Positions 43,801 to 54,095 of a DNA stretch of 64,000 bases are shown in pieces. The DNA lies in NCBI GenBank assembly GCA_044222185.1, contig JBGANV010000001.1:1440001-1504000 (forward strand), written 5' to 3'. The DNA comes from Planctomycetota bacterium. GTDB lineage: Bacteria > Planctomycetota > GCA-002687715 > CAIWVZ01. The translations under genes were made by a program, and so were the position numbers. Position 1 is the first letter of the stretch. Each line of letters starts with the position of its first letter. Below the pieces are notes generated by a model. The model saw only the letters and a program-made list of their open reading frames with translations. It searched no databases and was not told where the DNA came from.

Positions 43801-46800
43801 CTAGATGCTCGTGTTCACGAACCCCCACGTCAGCCTGAAACCCAAGGGGCTCGTCGGGTCCAGATACAACGTCTGAAGGGTGAAGTGCAAGCCCAGGGGC
43901 GGACTGGGATTCATCAGGCCCGGCAGGACGAACGCGCCGCCCGGTGGCGAGTTGCCTGGCGCGGTCGGAGACGTCACCGCCCAAGGAAGCGGCGGGCCGA
44001 ACGTCCCGATCCCGTCGAGGATGACGAAGAAGCCGGAGCCGACGGACAGAACCATGTCGGCAGCGGGCGTCGGCCAGCCGCCAACGGGCGCCGGCAGGCT
44101 CGCGTCGCCAAGCAGGAAGAAGGGCTGGCTCGGGGCGCAACCCTCGATGTTCACGGAGAACGGAATCCCCGGCGGCACCGGGTCGAGAAGCGGGACGTGA
44201 CCGACCGTGCCGTGATTCATGCCCCCTCCGACGACGACCTCGACGAAGTTGGACGTCACTCCGGCGGAGGTCTCGACCGCGATCCAGATTCCTCCCAGCG
44301 AACGCGTTTGCTGGATCGTCGCAGGCAGCTGGGCCGTGAGCTGGCCCGCGCTGACGAAGCTCGTCGTGAGCTGGACCCCGTTCGCGAACACCTTCGACGT
44401 GGCCACGTATCCCCCGCCGAACACCGAGAGCGTCGTCGGCGGCGAAACCAGCGTCTTGATGGTGATCGATGCGGGCGTGACAACCGCGATCGACGGCCCG
44501 ACGATGACGAATGGCAGCGACACCGAATCCCCACCGCCAGGGCCGGGGTTGTGCACCTGGACGTTCGCCGTGCCGGCACCAGCGACGAGCGAACCGGGGA
44601 TCGACGCCACGAGCTGCGTGCCATTGATGAACGCCGTCGCCTGCGCAACACCGTTCCATCGAATCTCGCTCTGCGTCGTGAAGCCGGAGCCGATCACGAG
44701 GACCGGGAACGTGGACGAGCCCGCCGGGATCGTCGTGGGACTGCTCGATACCACCGCCGGGACCGGGTTGTTGACCGTGAACGTCGACGGAGCCGACGTG
44801 CCCCCACCCGGTGCCGGGTTGACGACGCGCACCGTGCGAAGCCCTCCCACTGCGACGTTCGGCGCCGGGACGTTCGCCTGAAGCTGAGTCGCGCTGATGA
44901 ACGACGTCGTCAGGTTCGCGCCATCCCACGTCACGAGGCTCTGCGAGTTGAAGTTCATCCCAGTGACCGAGAGCGTGAAGGCCGCGCTTCCTGCGAGGGT
45001 CGAAGACGGGCCGATGGACGTCGCGGTCGGCACCGGGTTCGTGATGGCGAACGCGATCGAGCCCGAGAGACCGCCGCCCGGCGCTGGGTTGTCGACGGCA
45101 ACGTTCCGCGTGCCCGCCGTCGCGACGAGCGACGCTGCGATGGTCGCCGAGAGTTGCGTCGAGCCGATGAAGGTCGTCGGCTGCAACACTCCGTCGAACC
45201 GGATCTGGCTTTGCGCGTTGAAGTTCGTCCCGGTCACGTTGAGCGTGAACGCGGCGGAGGCCGCGGGCACGGAAGTCGGTGCCAACGAGGTCAGCGCTGG
45301 CTGGGGGTTGTTGACCGTGAACGTCGATGGGGCCGTCGTTCCGCCACCGGGCGCGGGGTTCACGACTCGTACGGCCTGAGCCCCGCCCGCGGCGAGATTG
45401 CCCGCGGGCACGGCGGCGTGGAGCTGCGTCGCGCTCACCAGCGAGGTGCTCAGGTTCGAGCCGTTCCACGTGACGAGGCTCTGTGAGTTGAAGTTCGTCC
45501 CAGTCACGACGAGCGTGAAGCCCCCGCTTCCCGCGGTCGTCGACGCAGGGCTGATCGACGCCGCCGTCGGAACGGGGTTGTTGACCGTGAGCGTCACGGG
45601 TGCCGAGGAGCCGCCCGCGGGCGTCGGGTTGAACACGGTCACGGCCCGCAGCCCCGCCGTCGCGACCAACGCCGACGGGATGCTCGCCGAAAGCTGCGTG
45701 GCACTGATGAACGTCGTCGGCTGAGCGACTCCGTCCCAGCGGATCGCGCTCTGCGCGTTGTAGTTCGTGCCGACCACGGTGAGCGTGAACGCTCCCGCGC
45801 CTGCAATGGCGGAAGTCGGGTTCGTCGACGTCAGCGTCGGAGCGGGGTTGTTCACGGTGAACGCCAGGCTCGCGGAAGTGCCGCCACCGGGCGTGGGGTT
45901 GACCGCGTTCACGTTCGCGACGGCGCCGACGACGACGTTCGCGGCCGGGACCGACGCCTGGACCTGCGTCGCGCTCAGGAACGTCGTCGATAGGTTCGCG
46001 CCGTTCCACGTCACGACGGTCTGGGAGTTGAAGTTCGTGCCGTTGACCGTGATCGAGAATGGACCGCTACCGGCCGCGATGGACGACGGGCTGCTCGAGG
46101 TCGCCGTCGGAACCGGGTTGTTGATCGTGAAGGTCGCTGCAGCCGAGTTGCCACCTCCAGGTGCCGGCGTGTTCACGCGCACCGACGCGCTGCCGGCGAC
46201 TGCGATGTTCGCTGCGGGCACCGTCGCCGTGAGCTGACTCGAGCTGACGACCGTCGTCGCGAGATTGGAACCGTTCCACTGGACCTGGCTCTGCAAAACG
46301 AAGCCCGAGCCGGTCGCCGTGAGGACGAACGACGCACCGCCCGCGGTTGCCGTCGTGGGGGCGATGGTCGTGAGTGCGGGGGCCGGATTCGTTGGTGACG
46401 CGTACACGCGCCAGTTGATCCCGGAAAGCGTCGGCACGTCGAACGTCGCGGAAACCGTCCCGAAGGACGCAGCCGAGGGTTGAGAGGTCAGAAGCAGCAC
46501 CGTACCCGGCGGGATCGCTCCGGTCGTGACCCCGGCCGTCGCCGGATCGATGTTGGGAACTCCGCTGATGTCGATCGCGACGCGCGCCACGTACCCATCC
46601 ACGCTCGGCGACGTCGACGTGACGGGCGGCGATGCGAACCACGTGACGTTCACCTCCGACGCCGTCGTGACGGCCGTCGCGCCCGTGGGGTCGTACCGCC
46701 CAGCGATTGCGACCTGTGCCGCGTTGAAGCGAGCGTCGGCATTGCGGGCCAGCGGCTTGCTCAAGCACGTGACGAACCGGTCCGCAGTGCTCGGGTTGAC

Positions 46801-47043
46801 CAACGCAGTCCCCGCGCCGTAAACGAGGACCGCCCCGTTGGACGTCGTCGCCCGCAGGCCCGCGGCAGTCCACGTGTCGGTCGCCGCGACGTCGGCGAAC
46901 ACGTCGATCACGATGCGGGACGCGGGCGCCGGCGCGCCGGGATCGACTCCGTCGAGGCGGTCGACGCTCAGTACGACCTGGGCCGGGCTCGAAACGGCCA
47001 CGAGGGCCAGGACGAACACGGCCGTGGAAGTCGCTCGCTTCAT
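43801..47043 (-). CDS. Secreted surface protein with 8 IPT/TIG domains and terminal module
   Basis: Start MKRATSTAVFVLALVAVSSPAQ (signal peptide); ~95-aa repeats NNPxPxxTSxxP..GTNFN..WNG..TQL..NPxPGGGxS; C-terminus ..LQTLYLDPTSPLGFRLTW. Confidence 0.9.
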   Translation of the reverse strand: MKRATSTAVFVLALVAVSSPAQVVLSVDRLDGVDPGAPAPASRIVIDVFADVAATDTWTAAGLRATTSNGAVLVYGAGTALVNPSTADRFVTCLSKPLARNADARFNAAQVAIAGRYDPTGATAVTTASEVNVTWFASPPVTSTSPSVDGYVARVAIDISGVPNIDPATAGVTTGAIPPGTVLLLTSQPSAASFGTVSATFDVPTLSGINWRVYASPTNPAPALTTIAPTTATAGGASFVLTATGSGFVLQSQVQWNGSNLATTVVSSSQLTATVPAANIAVAGSASVRVNTPAPGGGNSAAATFTINNPVPTATSSSPSSIAAGSGPFSITVNGTNFNSQTVVTWNGANLSTTFLSATQVQASVPAANVVVGAVANVNAVNPTPGGGTSASLAFTVNNPAPTLTSTNPTSAIAGAGAFTLTVVGTNYNAQSAIRWDGVAQPTTFISATQLSASIPSALVATAGLRAVTVFNPTPAGGSSAPVTLTVNNPVPTAASISPASTTAGSGGFTLVVTGTNFNSQSLVTWNGSNLSTSLVSATQLHAAVPAGNLAAGGAQAVRVVNPAPGGGTTAPSTFTVNNPQPALTSLAPTSVPAASAAFTLNVTGTNFNAQSQIRFDGVLQPTTFIGSTQLSATIAASLVATAGTRNVAVDNPAPGGGLSGSIAFAITNPVPTATSIGPSSTLAGSAAFTLSVTGMNFNSQSLVTWDGANLTTSFISATQLQANVPAPNVAVGGLRTVRVVNPAPGGGTSAPSTFTVNNPVPAVVSSSPTTIPAGSSTFPVLVIGSGFTTQSEIRWNGVAQATAFINGTQLVASIPGSLVAGAGTANVQVHNPGPGGGDSVSLPFVIVGPSIAVVTPASITIKTLVSPPTTLSVFGGGYVATSKVFANGVQLTTSFVSAGQLTAQLPATIQQTRSLGGIWIAVETSAGVTSNFVEVVVGGGMNHGTVGHVPLLDPVPPGIPFSVNIEGCAPSQPFFLLGDASLPAPVGGWPTPAADMVLSVGSGFFVILDGIGTFGPPLPWAVTSPTAPGNSPPGGAFVLPGLMNPSPPLGLHFTLQTLYLDPTSPLGFRLTWGFVNTSI

Positions 47044-47622
47044 GGGTGGTCTCCGACGACGAGCCGTGAAGGATCTCGTCGACACTCGAGGTGCCCGGCG
47101 GTTCGACCGTCGCTCACCCGCGGGGCAGTCTATACCGACAGGTCGCAGAGCGCGGCCACGTCCGCACGGTGAATGCGACGGACCACCGCCTTCGTGCGTC
47201 ACGAGCCTGCCCGAGAACGACGCGACTGCGGCATCGAAGCCAGGCTTCGGAGTTTGCCGATTCTCCGCGCTCTCGGGCCCTCGCGAAGGCCGCGACGCGC
47301 AGTGGGGCGCTGGAGTCCGTCGCAGCGGTGCATCCCGCGCCGCTCGCCGCCGATGGATGGCGTGCACTCGCGGCCCCACCGACGCTTGGGCGCTGACGGG
47401 GCCGCGGTCGGGTTACGGCGGCCACGGTCCGCGTACCTCCGGTGGATGCGCGTCGGCGACGTGGGAGCGTCGGGCAAGGATCGGCACCAAAGGCGGTGTG
47501 ACGAGGTTCGCCGGATCCGCCAACTCATCCTCGCGGTCGTACGCGTCGCCTCCACGACGGCTCGCCCTGGTGACTCCGCCCGTGTGAGTCGTCGACGCGC
47601 GCGTCGCGCGCCGTCGCCCGCT

Positions 47623-48408
47623 TCACCCTCCCCGCGCCGACGTCGCCAGGATCTCGCGGATTCGGTCGTGCAGCGTGGGATTGGCCGCGAGGACCCGCCC
47701 ACCGAAGAGCCAGTCGTTTCCGCCCTCGAAGTCCGTGACACGGCAGCCCGCCTCCATCGCGATCAGTCCGCCCGCAGCCACGTCCCACGGTGACAGGTGC
47801 AGTTCCCAAAAGCCGTCGTACCTGCCGTCGGCGGTGTAGCAGAGATCGAGCGCGGCCGATCCGAGGCGCCGCACGCCGCGCGCGCGAAGCGCCAGGTCGA
47901 CGAAGTGCTGGAGGTTGTTGTCAGGCAGTTGCTCGAGCCGGTAGTGGAAACCCGTCGTGAGAAGGGCCTCGCCGAGTTCGGGCTGGGTGTTGCACCGAAT
48001 CGGGGCTCCGTTGAGGAACGCACCACCTCCGACGACGCTCGTGTAGCACTCCTCGAGCTTCGGGTTGTAGACGCACGCGGCGATCGGCCGCCCGTTCTCC
48101 CAGAACGCGAACGAGACCGCGAAGTGCGGAATGCGGTGGACGAAGTTCGTCGTGCCGTCGAGCGGATCGAGCACCCACAACCGCGGGGCCATCTTCTGTC
48201 CCGAGAGCGTCTCCTCGGCGAGAATCGCGTCGCCGGGGAACGCATCGCGAATCCGGGCGATCACGTGCGCCTCCGACTCCCGATCGGCGACGGTGACGAG
48301 GTCGCGCCGCCCCTTCTTGTCCACCTGCGTGAGGCGCCCGTGGTGCCGCATCAGGATCGCACCCGCCTCGCGAGAAACCGTTTCGATGAACTTGCCGACG
48401 TCAGCCAT
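47623..48408 (-). CDS. suhB: Inositol monophosphatase family protein
   Basis: DLVTVADRESE, LDPLDGTTNF, GSAALDL, PWDVAAG. Confidence 0.92.
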   Translation of the reverse strand: MADVGKFIETVSREAGAILMRHHGRLTQVDKKGRRDLVTVADRESEAHVIARIRDAFPGDAILAEETLSGQKMAPRLWVLDPLDGTTNFVHRIPHFAVSFAFWENGRPIAACVYNPKLEECYTSVVGGGAFLNGAPIRCNTQPELGEALLTTGFHYRLEQLPDNNLQHFVDLALRARGVRRLGSAALDLCYTADGRYDGFWELHLSPWDVAAGGLIAMEAGCRVTDFEGGNDWLFGGRVLAANPTLHDRIREILATSARGG

Positions 48409-49789
48409 GGGAATCTCCGGGTCGCGCCGCCGGGGGATCCGCCCCGCCGGCCGCGAGTTTCTTGCGCACGTCGTTCCACCAGGCGATCCGTCGCGCGATC
48501 TCCTTCTCGTGACCGAAGGACGAGGGGACGTACCACTCGCGTCCCGCGAGCGGCCCCGGAAGGAACTGCTGATCGACGACCGCTTCGTCGAAGTCGTGCG
48601 GATACTGGTAGCCGTCTCCCCAACCGAGGCGCTTCATCAGCGTCGTGGCCGCATTGCGCAGATACGTGGGGACGGCGTGCACCGCACCGCGCTTGATCTC
48701 TTCCTTCACCGCACCCCACGCCGAGTAGACGGAGTTGCTCTTCGGCGCCGTCGCGAGGTAGACGGCCGCCTCCGCGATGGCGAGCTCACCCTCGGGCGAG
48801 CCGAGGAAGCGGTAGGTCTCCGTCGCATCGAGCGCCACGCGAAGCGCGCCCGGATCCGCGAGGCCGATGTCCTCGGAGGCCATCCGAACCAGGCGCCGGC
48901 ACAGATAGAGCGGCTCCTCTCCCGCCTCCAGCATGCGCGCCAGGTAGTAGAGCGCCGCTTGCGGATCGCCGCCGCGGATCGATTTGTGCAACGCCGAAAT
49001 CAGGTCGTAGTGCTGGTCGCCCTTCTTGTCGTAGGCGAGCGGCTTGGTCTGGAGGAGCTGCGCCGCTTCCTTGCTGCCGATCTCCCGATTGCGACCGCGC
49101 CGCGCCGCCGCGAGGACGAGTCCTTCGAGGCGATTCAGGAGGCTGCGAGCATCCCCGTGGCTTCCCGCCACGAGCAGCTGCATGGCGTCCGAATCCAGGG
49201 TGATGCCGTGCGATGCGAGTCCCACGTCTCGGTCCTGGAGCGCCCGCGCGGCGATCTCTCGCAAGGCCGATTCGTCGAGCGGTTGGAAGACGAGCGTCGT
49301 GCACCGCGAGAGGAGTGCCGCATTCACGTGGAAGGACGGGTTCTCCGTCGTCGCGCCAATCAGCGTGACGGTGCCGTCCTCCACGTGCGGCAGGAGCGCG
49401 TCCTGCTGCGAGCGGTTGAAATGGTGGATCTCGTCGATGAAGAGGAGCGTGGCGCGGCCCGAGCGGGCCCGCCGTTGTCGCGCGTCGTCGATCACCTGCC
49501 GCAGTTCCTTCACGCCCTGCAGCACGGCGGAGAACGGCGCGAATGCGAGCCCGGTGCGCTCGGCGAGCAGCCGCGCGAGCGTCGTCTTGCCCGAACCCGG
49601 TGGTCCCCAGAAGAGAAGGGACGGCATTGCCTCCGCAGCGAGAAGCTCCGAGAGCAGTGACTCCGGCCCGACGACGTGCTGGCCCACCAGGTCCTCGATC
49701 CGCTGGGGCCGCATGCGATCTGCGAGAGGTGCCCCCTTCACCGGCGTCGGCCGCGTCACCGGCTCATCGGAGCCGAAGAGGTCAGGCAT
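48401..49789 (-). CDS. rarA: Replication-associated recombination protein A
   Basis: PLADRMRP, WGPPGSGKTT, DEIH, GATTENP, SALHKSIRG, SEDIGLAD, PKSNS. Confidence 0.95.
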   Translation of the reverse strand: MPDLFGSDEPVTRPTPVKGAPLADRMRPQRIEDLVGQHVVGPESLLSELLAAEAMPSLLFWGPPGSGKTTLARLLAERTGLAFAPFSAVLQGVKELRQVIDDARQRRARSGRATLLFIDEIHHFNRSQQDALLPHVEDGTVTLIGATTENPSFHVNAALLSRCTTLVFQPLDESALREIAARALQDRDVGLASHGITLDSDAMQLLVAGSHGDARSLLNRLEGLVLAAARRGRNREIGSKEAAQLLQTKPLAYDKKGDQHYDLISALHKSIRGGDPQAALYYLARMLEAGEEPLYLCRRLVRMASEDIGLADPGALRVALDATETYRFLGSPEGELAIAEAAVYLATAPKSNSVYSAWGAVKEEIKRGAVHAVPTYLRNAATTLMKRLGWGDGYQYPHDFDEAVVDQQFLPGPLAGREWYVPSSFGHEKEIARRIAWWNDVRKKLAAGGADPPAARPGDSHG

Positions 49790-51248
49790 CGCCGTTCATC
49801 GCGGCGAGCGCTTCGACGACCTCGTCCTGGAGCTTCTTCATGACGGCGCGATTCTCCGTCCCGTTCATGAGCGCGGCGAAAGCGACCCATCGGCCGCCCG
49901 CCGACAACACGTATCCCGAAAGCGTGCTGACGCCGTTCAGAGTGCCCGTCTTCGCGAACAGCCGCCCTGCGAGCGCCGTGAGTCGTTTCTCGAGCGTTCC
50001 CGATTCGCCCGGCTCGGCCAGCGACTCGCGATAGGCCTCGCCCGCGTCGGTCTTCGAGATCTCGGAGAGGACGCCGAAGAGCGCACGCGCCGTCATGCGG
50101 TTCTTGCGCGAGAGCCCAGAGCCGTCCGCGACGACGAGCCCCTCGCGGGGGACGCCGATCTTCTCCAGAGCCCGGTCCACCGCTGCACCGCCGCCGGCGA
50201 ACGAGCCCGTGTTCCCGGTGGCGAACCCCAGGTGCTTGAACACCATTTCCGCGCGGTGGTTCTGACTCTCCTTGAGGAGGTAGGGGAAGATCCGTGACAA
50301 CGGCGTCCCGTAGCGGATGAGGACCGTTCCTCCCGTGCGCTCCTCCGGTTTCGACCTCCGAACCTCGCCCTTCACCGTGATGCCTCGGTGCTCGAGCGCC
50401 TGGCGGAATCCACGGCCGAAATGCAAGGCGGGATCATGAACCGCGACGAAATGCGACGTCGTGGATCCGCCACGGCGAACGGCGCCTACGGCCGTGACCT
50501 GGTTCGACCCCTCGTCGCGATCGAAACGGAACCCGGCGGGCTTCTTGCCGTCCGTGGTCGAGAGCGAGTTCTTCAGCGTGATGTGTCCCACGTCAGGAAC
50601 GACCGAGAGCGCCGGGGTCTTCCCGACGCCACCGGGAGTCACGACGACCCGGGCGCAGCCATCATCGAGCGAGAGGGCCGCAACTTGGGCGAGATACGGA
50701 GTCGTCCTCGGATCGCTCGTCGGCCAATCGGGCCCCACGAAGTCCTGATCGAAGGCAGAGTCGTCGACGAGCAGGTCGCCCGCGACCTGAGTCAACCCCT
50801 GCGCGCGAAGCCGGTCGGCGAAAAACTCGAGCTTGGCGAGCGTCTCTCCGTGGTCCTGCGCGCCGAAGGTGGGATCGCCCTCGCCGCGAACGCGGAGGTT
50901 GCCCGCGAGGACGCCGTTCGACACGTCGCCGTGGGCGATGACCTCCGTCCGGATCTCGTGGTCGAGCCCGAGCAGCAGGGCAGCGGACGCCGTCGTGAGG
51001 ATCTTCTCGTTCGAGGCGGGCGTCAGCGGCGTGGTTGCGTCGTGGGTGAAGAACGGCTCGCGCTCCCCGGCCATGCCGACCGCCACGCCCGCGGTGACCT
51101 TCGGCGCCTTGACGTCACGCAGGATCTTGCCGAGGCGATCGATCGTCGCGGCGCGCGAGGCGCCGCCCTGGGCGAAAACCCTCGGAGTGAGGGACGAGGA
51201 AAGCAACAGCACGCCGACGACGGCCAGAGCGAGAGGTTTTCCGCGCAT
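49782..51248 (-). CDS. dacB: D-Ala-D-Ala carboxypeptidase/endopeptidase (PBP4, peptidase S13)
   Basis: Signal peptide; SxxK (PASNEK), GEGDPTF, SxN (ESQN), DGSGLSRKN, KTGTL. Confidence 0.93.
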   Translation of the reverse strand: MRGKPLALAVVGVLLLSSSLTPRVFAQGGASRAATIDRLGKILRDVKAPKVTAGVAVGMAGEREPFFTHDATTPLTPASNEKILTTASAALLLGLDHEIRTEVIAHGDVSNGVLAGNLRVRGEGDPTFGAQDHGETLAKLEFFADRLRAQGLTQVAGDLLVDDSAFDQDFVGPDWPTSDPRTTPYLAQVAALSLDDGCARVVVTPGGVGKTPALSVVPDVGHITLKNSLSTTDGKKPAGFRFDRDEGSNQVTAVGAVRRGGSTTSHFVAVHDPALHFGRGFRQALEHRGITVKGEVRRSKPEERTGGTVLIRYGTPLSRIFPYLLKESQNHRAEMVFKHLGFATGNTGSFAGGGAAVDRALEKIGVPREGLVVADGSGLSRKNRMTARALFGVLSEISKTDAGEAYRESLAEPGESGTLEKRLTALAGRLFAKTGTLNGVSTLSGYVLSAGGRWVAFAALMNGTENRAVMKKLQDEVVEALAAMNGDA

Positions 51249-51330
51249 GGCGCGAGTATCGCTTGCGAGGGTCCGCGACCCAACCTCGCGAACCGGATCC
51301 CCCACCTCTCGGCCGGAATGGGCGCGGCGA

Positions 51331-52338
51331 TCAGCCCTGCTTGCGCCGGCCGTAGCCGTCCGGGTGGCCCTGGTGCCACTTCCATGCGGTCTCGAGGATC
51401 GTCGGAAGGTCACCGAACTTCTGGTGCCAGCCCAGCGTCTCGCGCGCACGGGTGCTGTTGCCGACGAGGCGGGCGGGATCACCGGCGCGGCGCGGCGCGA
51501 TGCGGAACGAGATCTTCTTCCCAGTGACCTTCTCGGCGGCTCGGATCACTTCCAGCACCGAGTAGCCGGCGCCGTTTCCAAGGTTGAATGCCGTGCTCTT
51601 TCCGCCGCGGTCCAGATAGTCGAGTCCGAGGCGGTGCGCCTCCGCCAGATCGAGGATGTGGATGTAGTCGCGGATGCAGGTCCCATCCGGCGTCGCGTAG
51701 TCGTTGCCGAAGACCTGGATGTCGGCCCGCTTGCCCAATGCCACCTGCAGGACGAGCGGGATCAGGTGCGTTTCGGGATCGTGGTCTTCGCCGATGGTGC
51801 CGTCGGGATGGGCGCCGGCCGCGTTGAAGTAGCGGAGCGCGACGTACTTCATCCCGTACGCCGCCGCGAAGTCCGCGAGCATCCGCTCGACCATGAGCTT
51901 GGACCAGCCGTAGGGATTGATCGGGCTCTGGGGATGAGACTCGTCCATCAGGTCCTGGACCGGGTTCCCGTACGTCGCACACGTGGACGAGAAGATGAAC
52001 GTGTCGACCTTCGCGCGGCGCATGGCCGAGAGCAGGGTCAGCGTCGTCGCGACGTTGTTCCGGTAGTACTTCTCCGGATCGGTGACGGACTCCCCCACGT
52101 AGCAGGACGCCGCGAAGTGGAAGACGGCCGAGACCTTTCGGTCGCGCATCGTCTTCTCGATCAGCGCGGCGTCGGCAAGATCACCCTGAACGAAGTCGGC
52201 GCCCGCAACCGACGCGCCGTGTCCCGTCGAGAGGTTGTCGAAGGCGAACGCGTCCAAGCCGGCTTCGCGGAGGTGACGCAGGCAATGGCTTCCGATGTAG
52301 CCGGCACCGCCGGCGACCATGATCGTTCCCGTTCGCAC
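51331..52338 (-). CDS. galE: UDP-glucose 4-epimerase
   Basis: GTG start after AAGGAG; GGAGYIGSH, FSSTCATYG, PYGWSK, LRYFNAAGA, DGTCIRDYIH. Confidence 0.95.
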   Translation of the reverse strand: MRTGTIMVAGGAGYIGSHCLRHLREAGLDAFAFDNLSTGHGASVAGADFVQGDLADAALIEKTMRDRKVSAVFHFAASCYVGESVTDPEKYYRNNVATTLTLLSAMRRAKVDTFIFSSTCATYGNPVQDLMDESHPQSPINPYGWSKLMVERMLADFAAAYGMKYVALRYFNAAGAHPDGTIGEDHDPETHLIPLVLQVALGKRADIQVFGNDYATPDGTCIRDYIHILDLAEAHRLGLDYLDRGGKSTAFNLGNGAGYSVLEVIRAAEKVTGKKISFRIAPRRAGDPARLVGNSTRARETLGWHQKFGDLPTILETAWKWHQGHPDGYGRRKQG

Positions 52339-52355
52339 GTGAGAGGCTCCTTGGG

Positions 52356-53858
52356 CTATTTCTTTTCGTACTTGCGGTAGCGGTCCACGTTCTGGTCGTA
52401 CCAGGCCTTCCAGGCCTTCTGCGTCGCTTCCATCGCGGCGGCGTCGAGCGGCGCCGGGAGAATCGCATCGACCGATGCGGGCGTGATCTTGAGCAGAGCC
52501 TCGTGGACCTCGGCAAAGACGTACGTGTCCCGGTCGCCGAGCGCCTTGATCAATGCGGGGACGGCGGCGTCGTGCCTGCTCATCCCCAGCACGTGTGCAG
52601 CCATGGCGCGCACCAGCGGATCCTTGTCGTCGGCGACGAACAGGGAAATCAGGGGCGTGAGGTCCTCGAGCTGGCCCTCCCACCGCTTGCCCATCTCCGC
52701 GATCGCGAGGACACGAACCGGGGCGAACTTGCACTTCACGGCCTGGACGTAGGCCTTGTAGATGTCGGGGTCGAAGCTCGGGTAGCTCGAGAGCACGCGC
52801 ATGGCCTCGAGGCAACGCTCCTGCTCCGTGCTGTTCTTCAGGATGTCGATCCACTCCTGCGGGCTCTTGGCGCGGGGATCGCGCTTCTCGGTCGGCGCCC
52901 GGCCCCGAAGCTCGGCGATCCGCTTGGTGAGTTCGGCGGACGAGATGTTCGCGTTGGGAGGCAGCACTTTCGATGCCGCCTCGAAGGCGTCAGCGGCCTC
53001 GTGGTTCTTGCCCATCATGAGGCGCGTCTCACCGAGCCCGAGCCAGGCCCCGAAGTCCGCCGGGTTCTTCTGCACCATGGCCTGGTATGCGGTTGCCGCC
53101 TCGGCGAGCTGCCCGCCCTTGCGGAGGTAGTAGGCGACCATCATCCTGGCCTCGGCGTTCGTGACGTCGAGCTCGGTGACCTTGCGGAACGCGGCGACGG
53201 CGTCGGCGAACCGCGTCCGCGCGCCGTTGAGCTTGCCCGTCGTCATCCACGCCTCGGTGTTCATCGGATCGAGTTCGAGCAATCGCTTCAGCGTGGCCTC
53301 CGCCTCGTCGTACCGCTCGAGCTTGATCAGGCACGCGGCCAGAGGCTCCATCGTTCGGGTCAGGCGCGGATTGAGCTCGATGGCCCGGCGGTAGACCTTC
53401 ACGGCGTCCTCGAACCGATCGCGTTTCGCGTAACAGGTGCCGAGCCCGTGGTAGGCCCAGGGGAAGAACGGATCCTGCTTGATGGCGGTCTCGAACTGGA
53501 CCTTCGCCTCCTCGAGGCGGTCCACGATCCCGAGCATGCGGCCGTAGAGGTAGAAAGCGACCGGCGTCTCCTGGACGCGGGCCCGATTCGCGAGCACCTC
53601 CAGGTGGTTTTGAACCTCGCTTCCGCCGGCAGCCACGACCTTCGCCTGGTCCGCGATTCCGGCCTCGATCTCCCGGTCGTACTGGGGCCAGCGGGCCCGC
53701 GACTTCGCCTCCGCCTCACCCGTCCCCACGTTCTCGCCTTGGAGTTCCCTGAGCGTGGATTCCCGCAGCTTTTCACGATCTCCCTGGGCGGGCAGGACGA
53801 GAACGACCACGGCGGCAGCGAATGCGAACCGCAGGCCACGGAGGCAGCAGTGGGACAT
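52356..53858 (-). CDS. Exported TPR + HEAT-repeat protein
   Basis: Signal-like N-terminus; several TPRs (AYHGLGTCY..AIELNP); HEAT/PBS-like DPLVRAMAAHVLG, LIKALGD. Confidence 0.85.
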   Translation of the reverse strand: MSHCCLRGLRFAFAAAVVVLVLPAQGDREKLRESTLRELQGENVGTGEAEAKSRARWPQYDREIEAGIADQAKVVAAGGSEVQNHLEVLANRARVQETPVAFYLYGRMLGIVDRLEEAKVQFETAIKQDPFFPWAYHGLGTCYAKRDRFEDAVKVYRRAIELNPRLTRTMEPLAACLIKLERYDEAEATLKRLLELDPMNTEAWMTTGKLNGARTRFADAVAAFRKVTELDVTNAEARMMVAYYLRKGGQLAEAATAYQAMVQKNPADFGAWLGLGETRLMMGKNHEAADAFEAASKVLPPNANISSAELTKRIAELRGRAPTEKRDPRAKSPQEWIDILKNSTEQERCLEAMRVLSSYPSFDPDIYKAYVQAVKCKFAPVRVLAIAEMGKRWEGQLEDLTPLISLFVADDKDPLVRAMAAHVLGMSRHDAAVPALIKALGDRDTYVFAEVHEALLKITPASVDAILPAPLDAAAMEATQKAWKAWYDQNVDRYRKYEKK

Positions 53859-54095
53859 GAGGACTTCTCCGATCGTCACAACCCGCAGGCGCAGACCGGG
53901 TTCGATGAACCCGCCGCAACGCGGAAAAACAGGCGGGCCAAAGTACCAGCCACGTGCATGTCGCTAAAGACATGCGCCCGCTCCCGTCGATAGGACGAAG
54001 GCGGCGACTGGGCAGCCGGAATCGGGTCCTCGATCGCGCGAACGCTCGCGCCTCGGCACGATCCCGCTCGTCTCCATTACGACGCGGAACGACTC

